Below are positions 29,139-38,994 of a stretch of DNA of 64,000 bases, piece after piece. The notes under the pieces were generated by a model, which was not told the origin of the DNA, ran no database searches, and was given only the letters and a program-made list of their open reading frames with translations. Origin of the DNA: a virus (taxonomy: Duplodnaviria > Caudoviricetes); the IMG/VR virus record IMGVR_UViG_3300010167_000013; one strand, written 5' to 3'. The position numbers were made by a program, and so were the translations under genes. Position 1 is the stretch's first letter, and every line of letters starts with the position of its first letter.

Positions 29139-30455
29139 TTACTCCTTTTCAGGATCATCAGATTTTTTCAAAATGATTCTATGTGAAGAGCTCATGTAGT
29201 GCTCTGTCTCAAGCTTAATGTAGTGATATGCATATGCTAATCGATATTCATTCTTCCCATACTTCTCATGTTTCAGTGGTTCATCGAAGATCACTCTGAA
29301 AGTTTTGTTTGGTGTGAATGCATTGATGTCCAGATTATCACCATTGATGTAAATAATACATTCGTTTTCTTCCATTCTAGTCTTGATCACTTCTCCGGTG
29401 TATTTGTTTTCTTTCTTGATGAATGTAATTCTTTCATTACGTTCATCTATGTATGATTGATCGGCTTCATACACGTTGATTGTGACATCATCGGTAACAA
29501 CCATCTTAGCTTCACTGCCTAGTTCAACATTCTTACTGATACTAAACTTCTGTGGATTGATATCCATTTCGGTAATAGTTGGGTAGAATATATTTTCTCC
29601 CTGTACTCGGATCATTCCATTCCCAGGAACAGATTGATCTAATGTTGATATCATGAAAGATGTCTCTGTCCATTCGTCTTCTCTCTTGGCTGTAACTTTT
29701 CCATTCGAGTTCAGAATATACAGTGTATCGATATCATAGTAGATTAGAGCTCCTTTTTTGTACAACCCGTAGTATTGGTCCAGGTATATCAAATCTTTGT
29801 ACGCTGGATTAGCTGGGAGCAACAACTCTCTATAAACTTCATCGTTCTCCAACTTACTCATCAATACGTTTTTATGTTTGGTCTGAGTAAGTATTTCCCC
29901 AATAACATTTTGAATAGTTGAATTTGTGTAAACTCTGTTAACAGTCTTTCTGGATGCCTTCAATAGCTTTGGGTTGAATAGATAGATATCCAATAGATTT
30001 TGTGTTTCGTAGTAGTTTTCTTCATCGATATAATTCAAGTTGAAGTCAGTAGACTCATTCAGAGCTAATCGTTCTTCTAAGACCTTGATGTCAGTTGCTT
30101 CGTCTTCATCATTAAAGTGAACAGAGAACTCAAGGTTCCAAACTTCTTCTGGAGATGTTATGGGATTTTCGATATCGGTATCCATCCCGAATTTATCAAA
30201 CTCAAACTTCACAACTATCTCTTTTTTATTCTTCAGAATCCACAATCTTCTACGAACATCTACTCTCAGGGTAACCTTGAGAATAGCCATCAAATTGAAC
30301 TCGTAATCGTTCACGTATTCGACCGTCAAGATATTACTATGATCCAACTCAATCTTTTCATCGTCTTTCATGATAACAAAACTCTTTACCTGATACTTAC
30401 ATAAGTATAGCTTCTTCTCAATATTTTCCTCTGGGTTCACAGAAACCAACTCCAT
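29139..30455 (-). CDS. jumbo-phage structural protein (baseplate hub-like)
   Basis: 438 aa beta-rich protein next to tail-fibre genes; inference only. Confidence 0.35.
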   Translation of the reverse strand: MELVSVNPEENIEKKLYLCKYQVKSFVIMKDDEKIELDHSNILTVEYVNDYEFNLMAILKVTLRVDVRRRLWILKNKKEIVVKFEFDKFGMDTDIENPITSPEEVWNLEFSVHFNDEDEATDIKVLEERLALNESTDFNLNYIDEENYYETQNLLDIYLFNPKLLKASRKTVNRVYTNSTIQNVIGEILTQTKHKNVLMSKLENDEVYRELLLPANPAYKDLIYLDQYYGLYKKGALIYYDIDTLYILNSNGKVTAKREDEWTETSFMISTLDQSVPGNGMIRVQGENIFYPTITEMDINPQKFSISKNVELGSEAKMVVTDDVTINVYEADQSYIDERNERITFIKKENKYTGEVIKTRMEENECIIYINGDNLDINAFTPNKTFRVIFDEPLKHEKYGKNEYRLAYAYHYIKLETEHYMSSSHRIILKKSDDPEKE

Positions 30456-30474
30456 AATATAATTTTATTAGGAG

Positions 30475-31395
30475 GTGATGCCGATGAACAATGTTATTGA
30501 TGTAAGTAATCTACAGCATCTGATGAGTGCTATCAAGAGTAAACTTGATAGGAAGTCCAACTTGGATCATCTCCATGGTAACATGGTGAACATATCAAGG
30601 ATAATAACACTCGAAGATGTAGAGACTATGAACATCGAGGAATTAGAAAAAACACTTTTGTTGTTCTCTACAGTGATTGATGAATTTTATGTTGATGGAG
30701 CTAATGGATCTGATTTATCAGGTGATGGATCGGAAGGACGACCTTGGAAAACAATTCAACACTCAATAGATAGTATGAAAAAACTATGTTCTCCCATAGG
30801 GAGAATATCGTTATATATTGCCAATGGGATATATGTGGAAAATGTTGAAATAGAAAGTATGAATATTAATGTAATAGGAAATGATGTTACACCAAATGCC
30901 GTAACAATAAAGAGTCTATCTGGACGTACCTTTCAAGCATTAGGTGGCGACTTATATATCAGCGGCATTCGATTTGAAGGATCAACCCTACGAACATTTC
31001 TTGGAGCATGGAATAATCATAGTAGAATAGCTAACTGCGTTTTCTATTCCAATGTCGTAAATGAATATGACGTGTCATCTGAATCTTCCTTCGTGAGGTT
31101 GTATGATGTTAATTTCGCCGGACCACTAAGAGGAAGTATTCTTGGAGCTTCTTATCATGGGGTAATATGGCCATGGAATAATAATAAAGTCATTGATCCA
31201 ACCACAGTTACCAATTTAGTGCATTCATATCATATGGGGAATGTTATTGTTTCTGGAGCAACATCATTCACTAGTAGTGTGACCATAACAGGAAGAAGAT
31301 ATCAAGTTACCCAGATGGGTAGGTTAGAAACTTTATCTAACCTCCCCGCAGCTACTATTGCAGGTACAACAGCCACAGGCGGTACAGTCATATAG
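30475..31395 (+). CDS. tail fibre / receptor-binding protein with beta-helix domain
   Basis: YVDGANGSD...PWKTIQH...IANGIYVE pectin-lyase-like start; ends GTTATGGTVI like the next gene. Confidence 0.7.
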   Translation: MMPMNNVIDVSNLQHLMSAIKSKLDRKSNLDHLHGNMVNISRIITLEDVETMNIEELEKTLLLFSTVIDEFYVDGANGSDLSGDGSEGRPWKTIQHSIDSMKKLCSPIGRISLYIANGIYVENVEIESMNINVIGNDVTPNAVTIKSLSGRTFQALGGDLYISGIRFEGSTLRTFLGAWNNHSRIANCVFYSNVVNEYDVSSESSFVRLYDVNFAGPLRGSILGASYHGVIWPWNNNKVIDPTTVTNLVHSYHMGNVIVSGATSFTSSVTITGRRYQVTQMGRLETLSNLPAATIAGTTATGGTVI

Positions 31396-31400
31396 ATAGG

Positions 31401-33722
31401 GTGATATCAGTGAACAAGATAATTGACACCTCAAATCTGAAGAGGGTACTAACAAAGATAGATGATATTAAATCAGATAAAGGTCATAGTCATGCACCAT
31501 ATGTACCTCATGGACAAGTAATAGGAGTTAATGGAACATTGGAATCGAGAAGCTTAGCAGCTAATTCATGGACTAAAGTAAAATTAATACCTGATAACGG
31601 GGACGCTGCTACTGTCAATTCTACGGGTGAGTGGATATGCCCAAAGGATGGATTGTATGAAATATCTGTAAATTATGGATATTTTGCTCCAGCAACTCAG
31701 GTTTACCTACACCTACTACTCAACTCACCTAATACTTTTGTAGAGAGTTCAAGCATAGCTCTTTCAGTGAATACGAGTAATATAAATTGGTTTCCTACTC
31801 TCAACGTCACACGAAAACTTACAAAAGATGCTAATGTTTCACTATGGGCTTATCGCGGTAATGTTGGTGTGATAGGAGCTTATGAAGCAACGTTCTCCAT
31901 CACCCTTAACTCATCCATCGACATATCAACATGGGATGCATATGAAACATGGAAATCATTAAATCCTGAAACCAATACAGCTTCATTTGATGATTGGGTA
32001 GCTGGCATGTTGAAACAATCCACAAGAAGAGTACAAGCAAGGATAAATGATACTAATCTTGTTGCGAATGTGTGGAAGAAAATGACTTTCACGTTTATTA
32101 ATGGTGAAGTTGGGATGCTGCAGGGAGATAGATTTGTAGCCCCTGTTACCGGGCTGTATGTTTTCAGTGCGTCATCTCCTGCAGCGTCATCTACCGCCGA
32201 TACCTCATCTCGTGTGACATATAATTTGGATGATGTTAGTATTCCGGCAACTACTTACAGTTATATGAGAAATTCTAGTTCAAGCAATATGCCCAGTAAT
32301 GTGCTATGCCGATGGATGGAGCAAGGGGATTACCTCGCATATCATTTATTGGCAAGTTCTGCACAGTCCAGCGTACATGCAGCTGGCTCATTTCCATCAA
32401 TTGAATTTGCTCTCCTATACTCTGGTAATTTAACAGCTAATGACCTCTTCATAGGAGCTGTTGACAATGGTTTTGTAGGTGACTATGAGGATTGGAGTAA
32501 ATCAGTTATCAGTAATTACGGGATGATTGTCAATATTGAGTATGCAAGTAATGACGACAACACAGCCACTGATGGTGCATCAAGTGCAACTGTAAATCGA
32601 GAAAACGGAAGCTTGGGGATGAGAGCAACTCTTAGCAATTGGGTTATGAAATACTTGGATTGGCCTACACCAGTTAATCCGTTAACTGACATTATTGAGT
32701 TACAATATTCAAATGACAGAGTTGCTTGGAGTATAGTTTCAGATTTATTTTACTTACCCCCTTCTACAGGTTCGCGTTTAATAGGAACAGGAACTACTTC
32801 TTATGGGTTTGGTGTGTATGGCTATCATGCTGTAAATTTCGGTAGGTATCTTTATGCCACAACCAACTGGTCTACAATTACTGCCAACTGGTACTGGCGT
32901 GTAGTGAAGAAAACATTTGCTAAAATCACCACCGAGGAATACGATATTCTAAAAAATCAAATATCATTGGGTAAAATGGCTATTGAGGGAGTACTACAAT
33001 CAGCATATTATGTAAATGGGGATACTGGAGTAGATGATTCGAAACATTATGGAATGACTGCAGATAAACCATGGAAGACAATACAATACGCAGTAGACAG
33101 AATTGCAGAAAAAGCTGCTCCGAATGGAACTAATACCTTGTATCTTGCCGATGGGATATATGAAGGTGGATGCGTGATAGATGGACTCAATCTGAATATT
33201 ACTGGAAATGAAATAAACCCATCTGCGGTTGTGATTACAAGTACTGACGATGGTGCACTACAATATATATCCAGTGCATTTGGGCGTGTTGCTGGAATAA
33301 GATTTGAAACCAATAATCCATCTGCAAGGACCCTACACTTTAGTCGCAATAGTGGAGGGTATATCGATTGGTGCTATTTCTATTCCCAAGATGCTAACAT
33401 GGACATCTGTGTCAATCAGTCAAATGTAGCTGTAAACACTGTTACCTTTGATGGACCAAAACGAAGTAGTTGCATTGGCGTTCTGGTTGGCGGAACATGT
33501 ATGGTAGGAGCAGAGCTATCATGGGCTAGTAATATGACAGTTTCGCAAATATTATATTCATATCGTGGCGGATTTATTACTGCTAACTATGACAACCCTA
33601 CAACTAAAACAATCACTGGTAAGAAATATGCTGTTCAGACTATGGGTAGAATACAAGGAGTAGCCAACTTACCAAATACAACAGCTGCAGGTACAACAGC
33701 TACAGGTGGTACAGTGGTTTAG
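31401..33722 (+). CDS. tail fibre with two C1q-like domains and a C-terminal beta-helix
   Basis: STGEWICPKDGLYEISV and GDRFVAPVTGLYVFSA (C1q-type); YVNGDTGVDD...PWKTIQYA; ends GTTATGGTVV. Confidence 0.7.
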   Translation: MISVNKIIDTSNLKRVLTKIDDIKSDKGHSHAPYVPHGQVIGVNGTLESRSLAANSWTKVKLIPDNGDAATVNSTGEWICPKDGLYEISVNYGYFAPATQVYLHLLLNSPNTFVESSSIALSVNTSNINWFPTLNVTRKLTKDANVSLWAYRGNVGVIGAYEATFSITLNSSIDISTWDAYETWKSLNPETNTASFDDWVAGMLKQSTRRVQARINDTNLVANVWKKMTFTFINGEVGMLQGDRFVAPVTGLYVFSASSPAASSTADTSSRVTYNLDDVSIPATTYSYMRNSSSSNMPSNVLCRWMEQGDYLAYHLLASSAQSSVHAAGSFPSIEFALLYSGNLTANDLFIGAVDNGFVGDYEDWSKSVISNYGMIVNIEYASNDDNTATDGASSATVNRENGSLGMRATLSNWVMKYLDWPTPVNPLTDIIELQYSNDRVAWSIVSDLFYLPPSTGSRLIGTGTTSYGFGVYGYHAVNFGRYLYATTNWSTITANWYWRVVKKTFAKITTEEYDILKNQISLGKMAIEGVLQSAYYVNGDTGVDDSKHYGMTADKPWKTIQYAVDRIAEKAAPNGTNTLYLADGIYEGGCVIDGLNLNITGNEINPSAVVITSTDDGALQYISSAFGRVAGIRFETNNPSARTLHFSRNSGGYIDWCYFYSQDANMDICVNQSNVAVNTVTFDGPKRSSCIGVLVGGTCMVGAELSWASNMTVSQILYSYRGGFITANYDNPTTKTITGKKYAVQTMGRIQGVANLPNTTAAGTTATGGTVV

Positions 33723-33742
33723 CGAATGGAGATGAATGATGA

Positions 33743-34015
33743 ATGATATTGCAGATAGATGGTGTAGTATACGATGATGTGCAATTCAACAAGGCACTTT
33801 TGATCCCAACAGAGAATGGATTCGATATTGAATTACTCAATGATGGGGAATCAGTACTGAAGTATCACGACATACCTGAATACGACATCACAAAATATGA
33901 AGTAATCGGTGGAGAGTTCTCTGCATATGAATCGGAAGAACAACAGATGAAACAAATCAGAGCTGATATAGATTACATTGCAATGATGGGAGGAGTGGAT
34001 CTAGATGTTCGATAA
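33743..34015 (+). CDS. tail-fibre assembly protein (XkdW-like position)
   Basis: C-terminal QIRADIDYIAMMGGVDL; directly upstream of the XkdX-like gene. Confidence 0.6.
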   Translation: MILQIDGVVYDDVQFNKALLIPTENGFDIELLNDGESVLKYHDIPEYDITKYEVIGGEFSAYESEEQQMKQIRADIDYIAMMGGVDLDVR

Positions 34016-34154
34016 GGTCAAAGAATACTACGAGACAGGGTTATGGGGTCTGGGTAGAGTGAAGAACGCTGTAGCAAAAAAAGTACTTAGTCCTGAGGAA
34101 TACAAAAAAATCACAGGGTTGGAGTATTCCGCTGAGGAGGATACGAATGAATAA
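34005..34154 (+). CDS. XkdX-family protein (49 aa, not in ORF track)
   Basis: MFDKVKEYYETGLW...VKNAV...LSPEEYKKITG; GGAGG RBS. Confidence 0.85.
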   Translation: MFDKVKEYYETGLWGLGRVKNAVAKKVLSPEEYKKITGLEYSAEEDTNE

Positions 34155-35094
34155 AAAGATTAGGATCAAAGAGAGAATTAGAGCTAGTGACAATTGTCAT
34201 GGGTTCAGAGGAGAAATAATCTTCGGTAAGAACAAGAAAGTTGTTCCATACATAGATCCATTCGGAAATCAGTCGTACCGAACTGAATTCGAAGAGGTGT
34301 TGTATCGAGGAGAAAACATTGTTCCAATAGGCGCCTACCAATTCGTGTTCAATAAATTATTCAATATCGGACTTGATCAAGAGTCTACTCTCAGGGTTGG
34401 AGATCTGAATGATGAATCTCCAATGATGAAGATCGGAGTTCAGAGACCAGAATATCAATCGATTCACTACAACGCAGAAACTAGTATTAGTAATCCTTCA
34501 TCCATCATCAACCCAGGAATCAACATATCGGCACTAAATTATGTGTTTGGATTCATGATGGGAGATGGTGGTGCTAGAGAAGATAATACAACTGCAATTG
34601 CTCCTGACTACAAGAGGAGAACCCTATTCAGAGCTGTTCCATTCAGAATGAGTAATGATGGAACAACCCTACTTGGTGGACAGTACTTCGGCAAGGTTAC
34701 CACGTTTGCTGGATCTGCTGGAATGGACCCAATCACATCATACTTCGTGAAAAAGTTCGATTCTCCTCCTCCAAGGATAATACACGTTTGGGTTACCGAT
34801 AACCCAGGTGAAATGGCAATAGTGGACGATAGCGCATTCTCTTCAACATCAAGCATACCAATAGAGTCATATGTTGAGATGAACCTCTCAGTGAACCATG
34901 AAGATGGTAGGGGATTCTTCACATCTACTAATTCCACTCCTAGGATAAATGAATTTGGGTTGGTGAGTGGATGGTACAACTCAGCCAAGAACGACTATGA
35001 GTCATTGAGATTATTCACTCATTTCACTAGACCAAGTATATCTCTCTCAGAGGGAGATAGCATAGAGTCAGTATATCGTCTGTATAGTCGCTAA
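34147..35094 (+). CDS. probable baseplate/tail structural protein
   Basis: 315 aa in the tail-fibre operon; INEFGL beta motif. Confidence 0.45.
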   Translation: MNKKIRIKERIRASDNCHGFRGEIIFGKNKKVVPYIDPFGNQSYRTEFEEVLYRGENIVPIGAYQFVFNKLFNIGLDQESTLRVGDLNDESPMMKIGVQRPEYQSIHYNAETSISNPSSIINPGINISALNYVFGFMMGDGGAREDNTTAIAPDYKRRTLFRAVPFRMSNDGTTLLGGQYFGKVTTFAGSAGMDPITSYFVKKFDSPPPRIIHVWVTDNPGEMAIVDDSAFSSTSSIPIESYVEMNLSVNHEDGRGFFTSTNSTPRINEFGLVSGWYNSAKNDYESLRLFTHFTRPSISLSEGDSIESVYRLYSR

Positions 35095-35097
35095 TAC

Positions 35098-35127
35098 ATA
35101 GAGGGTGGGCTATAGCCCACCCTCTAT
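35098..35127. terminator. perfect 30 bp palindrome / terminator
   Basis: ATAGAGGGTGGGCTA|TAGCCCACCCTCTAT. Confidence 0.7.
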
Positions 35128-35183
35128 AAACTTCTTTATAACCATCAACGTTCTAATATAATAGAGAAGGAGGAGAGGTTCTA

Positions 35184-35855
35184 ATGGATTTCAAGCGAGG
35201 AATAATCTCAAATGTGATGGATATACTATTACCACTAGCAGCAATCATCACCCTCATATTTTTGATAACAATCATCAGAATAAATATAGAAGCAGAACAG
35301 AAGATCGTTCAGCAGAGCTTCTATCAAATCACCGAATCTATTATAGAAAAGACGTGTGATAGTGATTGCTTCCAGAGCAGCACCATTCCAATATTGACAT
35401 CAATAAATAAGATAGATGCAATTGATATCTATGTGTATGACGAAGACATGAATATGATATCTCCAGCATCAGATGTTCAACTTGATATGGTACTGGATAT
35501 GAGCATAGGCAGTGAGTTGTATGACTTGGTTCTAAATTCGGTCGATGGAGATTTGATTGAGATCCACTACAAAGATGGGTATGATGTCTGGTTCCACTGG
35601 ATATACGTCCCAGTAATGGACAAAGAGTATCTATTTATTTACGGTCTTGATATGAGTAAGTTGGATTATACGTTCCCTCATGTACTCACGTATCTGGCAA
35701 CTTTCATAATTCTCGCTTATGCACTCAAGACAAACTTTGTTGACAAGATGATTTACATGAAGATTATGCAAGGTAGCCAGAAGAGATTGATCGACAATTT
35801 CTCTTACAGGAAATATGACGACATATACTCTAGTAAGCGAGAAGGAGGGAAATGA
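35184..35855 (+). CDS. two-TM membrane protein with extracytoplasmic domain
   Basis: hydrophobic helices ILLPLAAIITLIFLITII and VLTYLATFIILAYAL flank a ~130 aa domain. Confidence 0.6.
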   Translation: MDFKRGIISNVMDILLPLAAIITLIFLITIIRINIEAEQKIVQQSFYQITESIIEKTCDSDCFQSSTIPILTSINKIDAIDIYVYDEDMNMISPASDVQLDMVLDMSIGSELYDLVLNSVDGDLIEIHYKDGYDVWFHWIYVPVMDKEYLFIYGLDMSKLDYTFPHVLTYLATFIILAYALKTNFVDKMIYMKIMQGSQKRLIDNFSYRKYDDIYSSKREGGK

Positions 35856-36271
35856 CGATGGATCCTACTATTGCAACTGTTCTAATCACAGTTATTACCG
35901 GTGTATTCTCAGTAATAACGGTAAAGATTCAGAAGAACCAATCCCAATTAATCAAAAAGATTGATGAACAAACAATATTCATTGACAAGGAAAAAGCACT
36001 ACGGCAAAAGTTAGTTCAAGCGGAAAAGAAAAGAGACAGCATCATCGAACAGATGACAATACTGTCGATGAGAATAAACATTCACTTGGTAAATGCTCTA
36101 CATGAAGTAGATGAAAGAATAGTACGTGATCTGAAACAAACATCAGTTGAACTGGAAAGCTCCTACAAGGAAGCCTCTGATACCATCAAAGATATTTCCA
36201 AGGAATATGATTTGTTGATCAACATGTCAAATGAGTTTCAAAAAGGATTTGACAAGGCAGATAAAAAATGA
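35852..36271 (+). CDS. holin-like protein (N-terminal TM plus coiled coil)
   Basis: MDPTIATVLITVITGVFSVITV then coiled coil; overlaps the upstream stop. Confidence 0.45.
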   Translation: MTMDPTIATVLITVITGVFSVITVKIQKNQSQLIKKIDEQTIFIDKEKALRQKLVQAEKKRDSIIEQMTILSMRINIHLVNALHEVDERIVRDLKQTSVELESSYKEASDTIKDISKEYDLLINMSNEFQKGFDKADKK

Positions 36272-36310
36272 AAATATGAAGTACCGGGAATTCCCGGTAC
36301 TTCATATTTT
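36271..36310. terminator. perfect 40 bp palindrome / terminator
   Basis: AAAATATGAAGTACCGGGAA|TTCCCGGTACTTCATATTTT. Confidence 0.75.
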
Positions 36311-36314
36311 TTCA

Positions 36315-36420
36315 TTTATATATTATTACTGTACGGGGTTGGGATTATTCCAAACTATGGGTAAATGCCGTATTAAAAAGTTCTACGGTACAGACTCATA
36401 GATTAAAGTTATTCCAACTC
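36315..36420 (+). promoter_or_regulatory. promoter motif plus structured 5' leader
   Basis: TTTATATATTAT then a three-segment hairpin with G-U pairs (36336-36420). Confidence 0.5.
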
Positions 36421-36447
36421 AAATATATTTAGAAGGAGTAGTGTGCT

Positions 36448-37011
36448 ATGAAGTCTGTCAAAGAAGTTTTGACAAAGGCAAAAGGTGCTGGTAATGAAGG
36501 CAAAACTGTTACCGGCAAAGGTTCTTTCTCTAAGGCTGGATTCGCAGAGAGAACCAATGCGTATGTGAACGACACTACGCACAAGGTTAAGGTGATGGGG
36601 AAAGATGGAAAAGAAACTTCCGTCAATCTCAGTGAGTTAATTCGTGCTGATCTGAAGAAGACAGTGGCGAATGCCAAGTATCCTCAAAAGTCAGAATTGG
36701 CTGTTCTGGATACTTGTGAAATATCCACTGCAGGTATGGCAGAAGCTATCCCTTACCTCGTCAGAGAAGAAATGAGAATTGGCAAGAAGTTCGATATTCC
36801 TGCCACTGGAGAAATGGGTGGTTCTATTTACTTGGCTCCTGTCAAGGGAAAGACCAAGACCGTTCAGGTTAGGGATATCAAAAGCAAGGAAGAACTTGGA
36901 ACCACCACTATTACCACCAAGGATTCTGTTCAGATCAGAGCTAAGAGTCCTGTCCCGAAACATCTTCAGACGAAAGTCAGAAAAGATAAGAACGGGAACG
37001 TTGTAAAATAA
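36448..37011 (+). CDS. basic DNA-binding protein, HU/IHF-like
   Basis: very Lys-rich; helix-then-beta-arm pattern (EEMRIGKKFDIP...KTKTVQVRDIKSKEE...IRAKSP). Confidence 0.45.
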   Translation: MKSVKEVLTKAKGAGNEGKTVTGKGSFSKAGFAERTNAYVNDTTHKVKVMGKDGKETSVNLSELIRADLKKTVANAKYPQKSELAVLDTCEISTAGMAEAIPYLVREEMRIGKKFDIPATGEMGGSIYLAPVKGKTKTVQVRDIKSKEELGTTTITTKDSVQIRAKSPVPKHLQTKVRKDKNGNVVK

Positions 37012-37051
37012 TCATTTGACGACATCCTAGTAAAGAAGGATGTGATGTCTA

Positions 37052-37363
37052 ATGGTCACCAATGACGAACTCTATACGTTATTCCCTCTTCCATCAACAA
37101 GTATTTCTACAGCAGGAATGCAGGATGGAATAATCTTGAAGTTCAAAACATTCTACCTGAAGATATATGACAGCGTGGAGGTTACATATAGGATTCAGGG
37201 ATTCAGATATCATGAACAGATCCCGGTATTTGAGAAGAATGTAAAAGTGCATCAGATGAGGGAATTTGCCAATCAATTCACAAAAGAGAACTACCTGCTT
37301 GAGTTCCAAGAACCATGCGATGATCCTTATTGTGTGATGATTGGGAACAGTGCTTTATGTTGA
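37052..37363 (+). CDS. hypothetical protein
   Basis: 103 aa ORF, AAGGA RBS. Confidence 0.6.
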   Translation: MVTNDELYTLFPLPSTSISTAGMQDGIILKFKTFYLKIYDSVEVTYRIQGFRYHEQIPVFEKNVKVHQMREFANQFTKENYLLEFQEPCDDPYCVMIGNSALC

Positions 37364-37366
37364 TAA

Positions 37367-37399
37367 TAGGTGGGAGGGATACGACTTCCCTCCCACCTA
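37367..37399 (+). terminator. intrinsic terminator
   Basis: TAGGTGGGAGGGA-7nt-TCCCTCCCACCTA followed by an AT tract. Confidence 0.7.
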
Positions 37400-37420
37400 A
37401 TATTTTTAGAGGAGGACGTT

Positions 37421-38092
37421 ATGGGTAAAACTAAGAATATTGAGAGGAACGGGAATGGCACTTGTACCCTAGTATTCAAGGATGATGCTACCGGAGTAGA
37501 TGGAGTATTTGATCCTGGAGCGAATCAAATTTCATTGAAGATAGATGGAATGGGTATGGCCTCAATGTTACTTAGTAAACATTTCTTTGAGTTGTTGGAA
37601 GAGAATGATGTAGCAACTCATTACCAAGGATGTGATGTAGAACAAGGAAAAATGTTTGTAAATGAGCTGAAGATGTTCCCGATCGAATTCGTCTGGAGAG
37701 GAAGAGCATGGGGAAGCTTCTGCAAAACGTATGGGGTTAAACAAGGGAGCGATCTTGGACCAGGTGGAATTGTAGAAACCATGCTGAAGAGTGATGATCT
37801 TGGAGATCCTAGAATTCTCAGGGATTCTGCAATAGGTCTGAACCTAATATCAGGACACGATTATGACGATTGTATCAAACTTACATACGAGATAGCTAGA
37901 ATTCTCTCCATCGAGCTGAAGATGTATGGGTATGAGCTAATCGACTTCAAGGTTGAATTCGGTGTTGGAAACAATGGATGGATTGAATTAGGAGATGAAA
38001 TATCTGGTGGAATATGGAGAATCCTTAGTCACGATAACCCAGTAGATCCTATTGAGTCAGCCAAGGTTATATGTTCAGAATTTTATCGATAG
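37421..38092 (+). CDS. purC: SAICAR synthetase
   Basis: GKTK, FKDDATG, PIEFVWR, KSDDLGDP, LIDFKVEFG, LGDEISG motifs; GAGGAGG RBS before ATG 37421. Confidence 0.9.
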   Translation: MGKTKNIERNGNGTCTLVFKDDATGVDGVFDPGANQISLKIDGMGMASMLLSKHFFELLEENDVATHYQGCDVEQGKMFVNELKMFPIEFVWRGRAWGSFCKTYGVKQGSDLGPGGIVETMLKSDDLGDPRILRDSAIGLNLISGHDYDDCIKLTYEIARILSIELKMYGYELIDFKVEFGVGNNGWIELGDEISGGIWRILSHDNPVDPIESAKVICSEFYR

Positions 38093-38102
38093 GAGGATTC
38101 CA

Positions 38103-38558
38103 ATGGTAAATACCAGAGTATTCAGCTGTTTTCCTGGAACTGGAAAATCCTGGGTATATGAACACCGAGCTAAGTTCTATCTAAACATCCTAGACTCTGA
38201 CAGTAGTACATTCTCATGGATATCTCCGGGAGTTAGAAATCCCGAGTTTCCTAATAACTATATGAAGCACATCAAAGGCAACATCGGTTACGCTGATATA
38301 ATCCTGGTCAGTTCTCACGAGGTCGTAAGGAAAGCTCTAAAAGAGAATGATCTGAGATATGATATCGTGTATCCTCATATCTGTTCCAAAGAACTCTACA
38401 TGGAAAGATATTTGGATAGAGGTAACGATGAAGAGTTCATAAAACTACTCTGGCTCAATTGGAATACTTGGATACAATCGATTCAAATAGATGAATATCC
38501 AATCCAGCATGTGTTGCCAGGTGATTTATACCTAAGCGATCTATTACTAAGGCTTTGA
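38103..38558 (+). CDS. P-loop NTPase / nucleotide-kinase-like protein
   Basis: FPGTGKS Walker A, LDSDSS, RYLDRGN lid-like segment. Confidence 0.7.
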   Translation: MVNTRVFSCFPGTGKSWVYEHRAKFYLNILDSDSSTFSWISPGVRNPEFPNNYMKHIKGNIGYADIILVSSHEVVRKALKENDLRYDIVYPHICSKELYMERYLDRGNDEEFIKLLWLNWNTWIQSIQIDEYPIQHVLPGDLYLSDLLLRL

Positions 38559-38562
38559 AGGA

Positions 38563-38994
38563 GTGAAACGTGTGATAAGACGTAAAAGAAGACCTCATGA
38601 CATTCCAGAGACAATCATAGGAAAGAACGTTACGATTGACGCTGCATGTCTCAAGGGACCTAACACATCGGAAGGGTCAATTCGTATCGATGGATCTTTT
38701 CGCGGAAACATCGATATTAAAAATACTCTTGTAATTGGACCAAGTGGAGAAGTGATTGGAGATATTATCGCAGGACTAGTTATAGTTGCAGGATCCGTAG
38801 AAGGTAACATAATATCCGACTCAGCAATTCGCCTTACGTCTACATCAAGAATAGTAGGTAACATTGATACCATAACATTGATGGCAGATGAGAATTGTCA
38901 GATAACAGGTAGATGCAGAGTTGGATCATCATCAATATCAAACCAAAAGAGAGATGAGGAGATGGGAAGTGTAACTAATTATGAGGAATCGTGA
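38563..38994 (+). CDS. bactofilin (polymer-forming cytoskeletal protein, CcmA-like)
   Basis: TIIGKNVTI...IRIDGSFRGNI...LVIGPSGEVIGDI...VIVAGSVEGNI...IVGNI beta-helix windings. Confidence 0.9.
   Translation: MKRVIRRKRRPHDIPETIIGKNVTIDAACLKGPNTSEGSIRIDGSFRGNIDIKNTLVIGPSGEVIGDIIAGLVIVAGSVEGNIISDSAIRLTSTSRIVGNIDTITLMADENCQITGRCRVGSSSISNQKRDEEMGSVTNYEES

Noticed and set aside
31359-33722. Diversity-generating retroelement TR/VR pair at the fibre C-termini
   Set aside because: The repeat is short, differences are synonymous third-position changes rather than adenine-specific, and no reverse transcriptase is in the window
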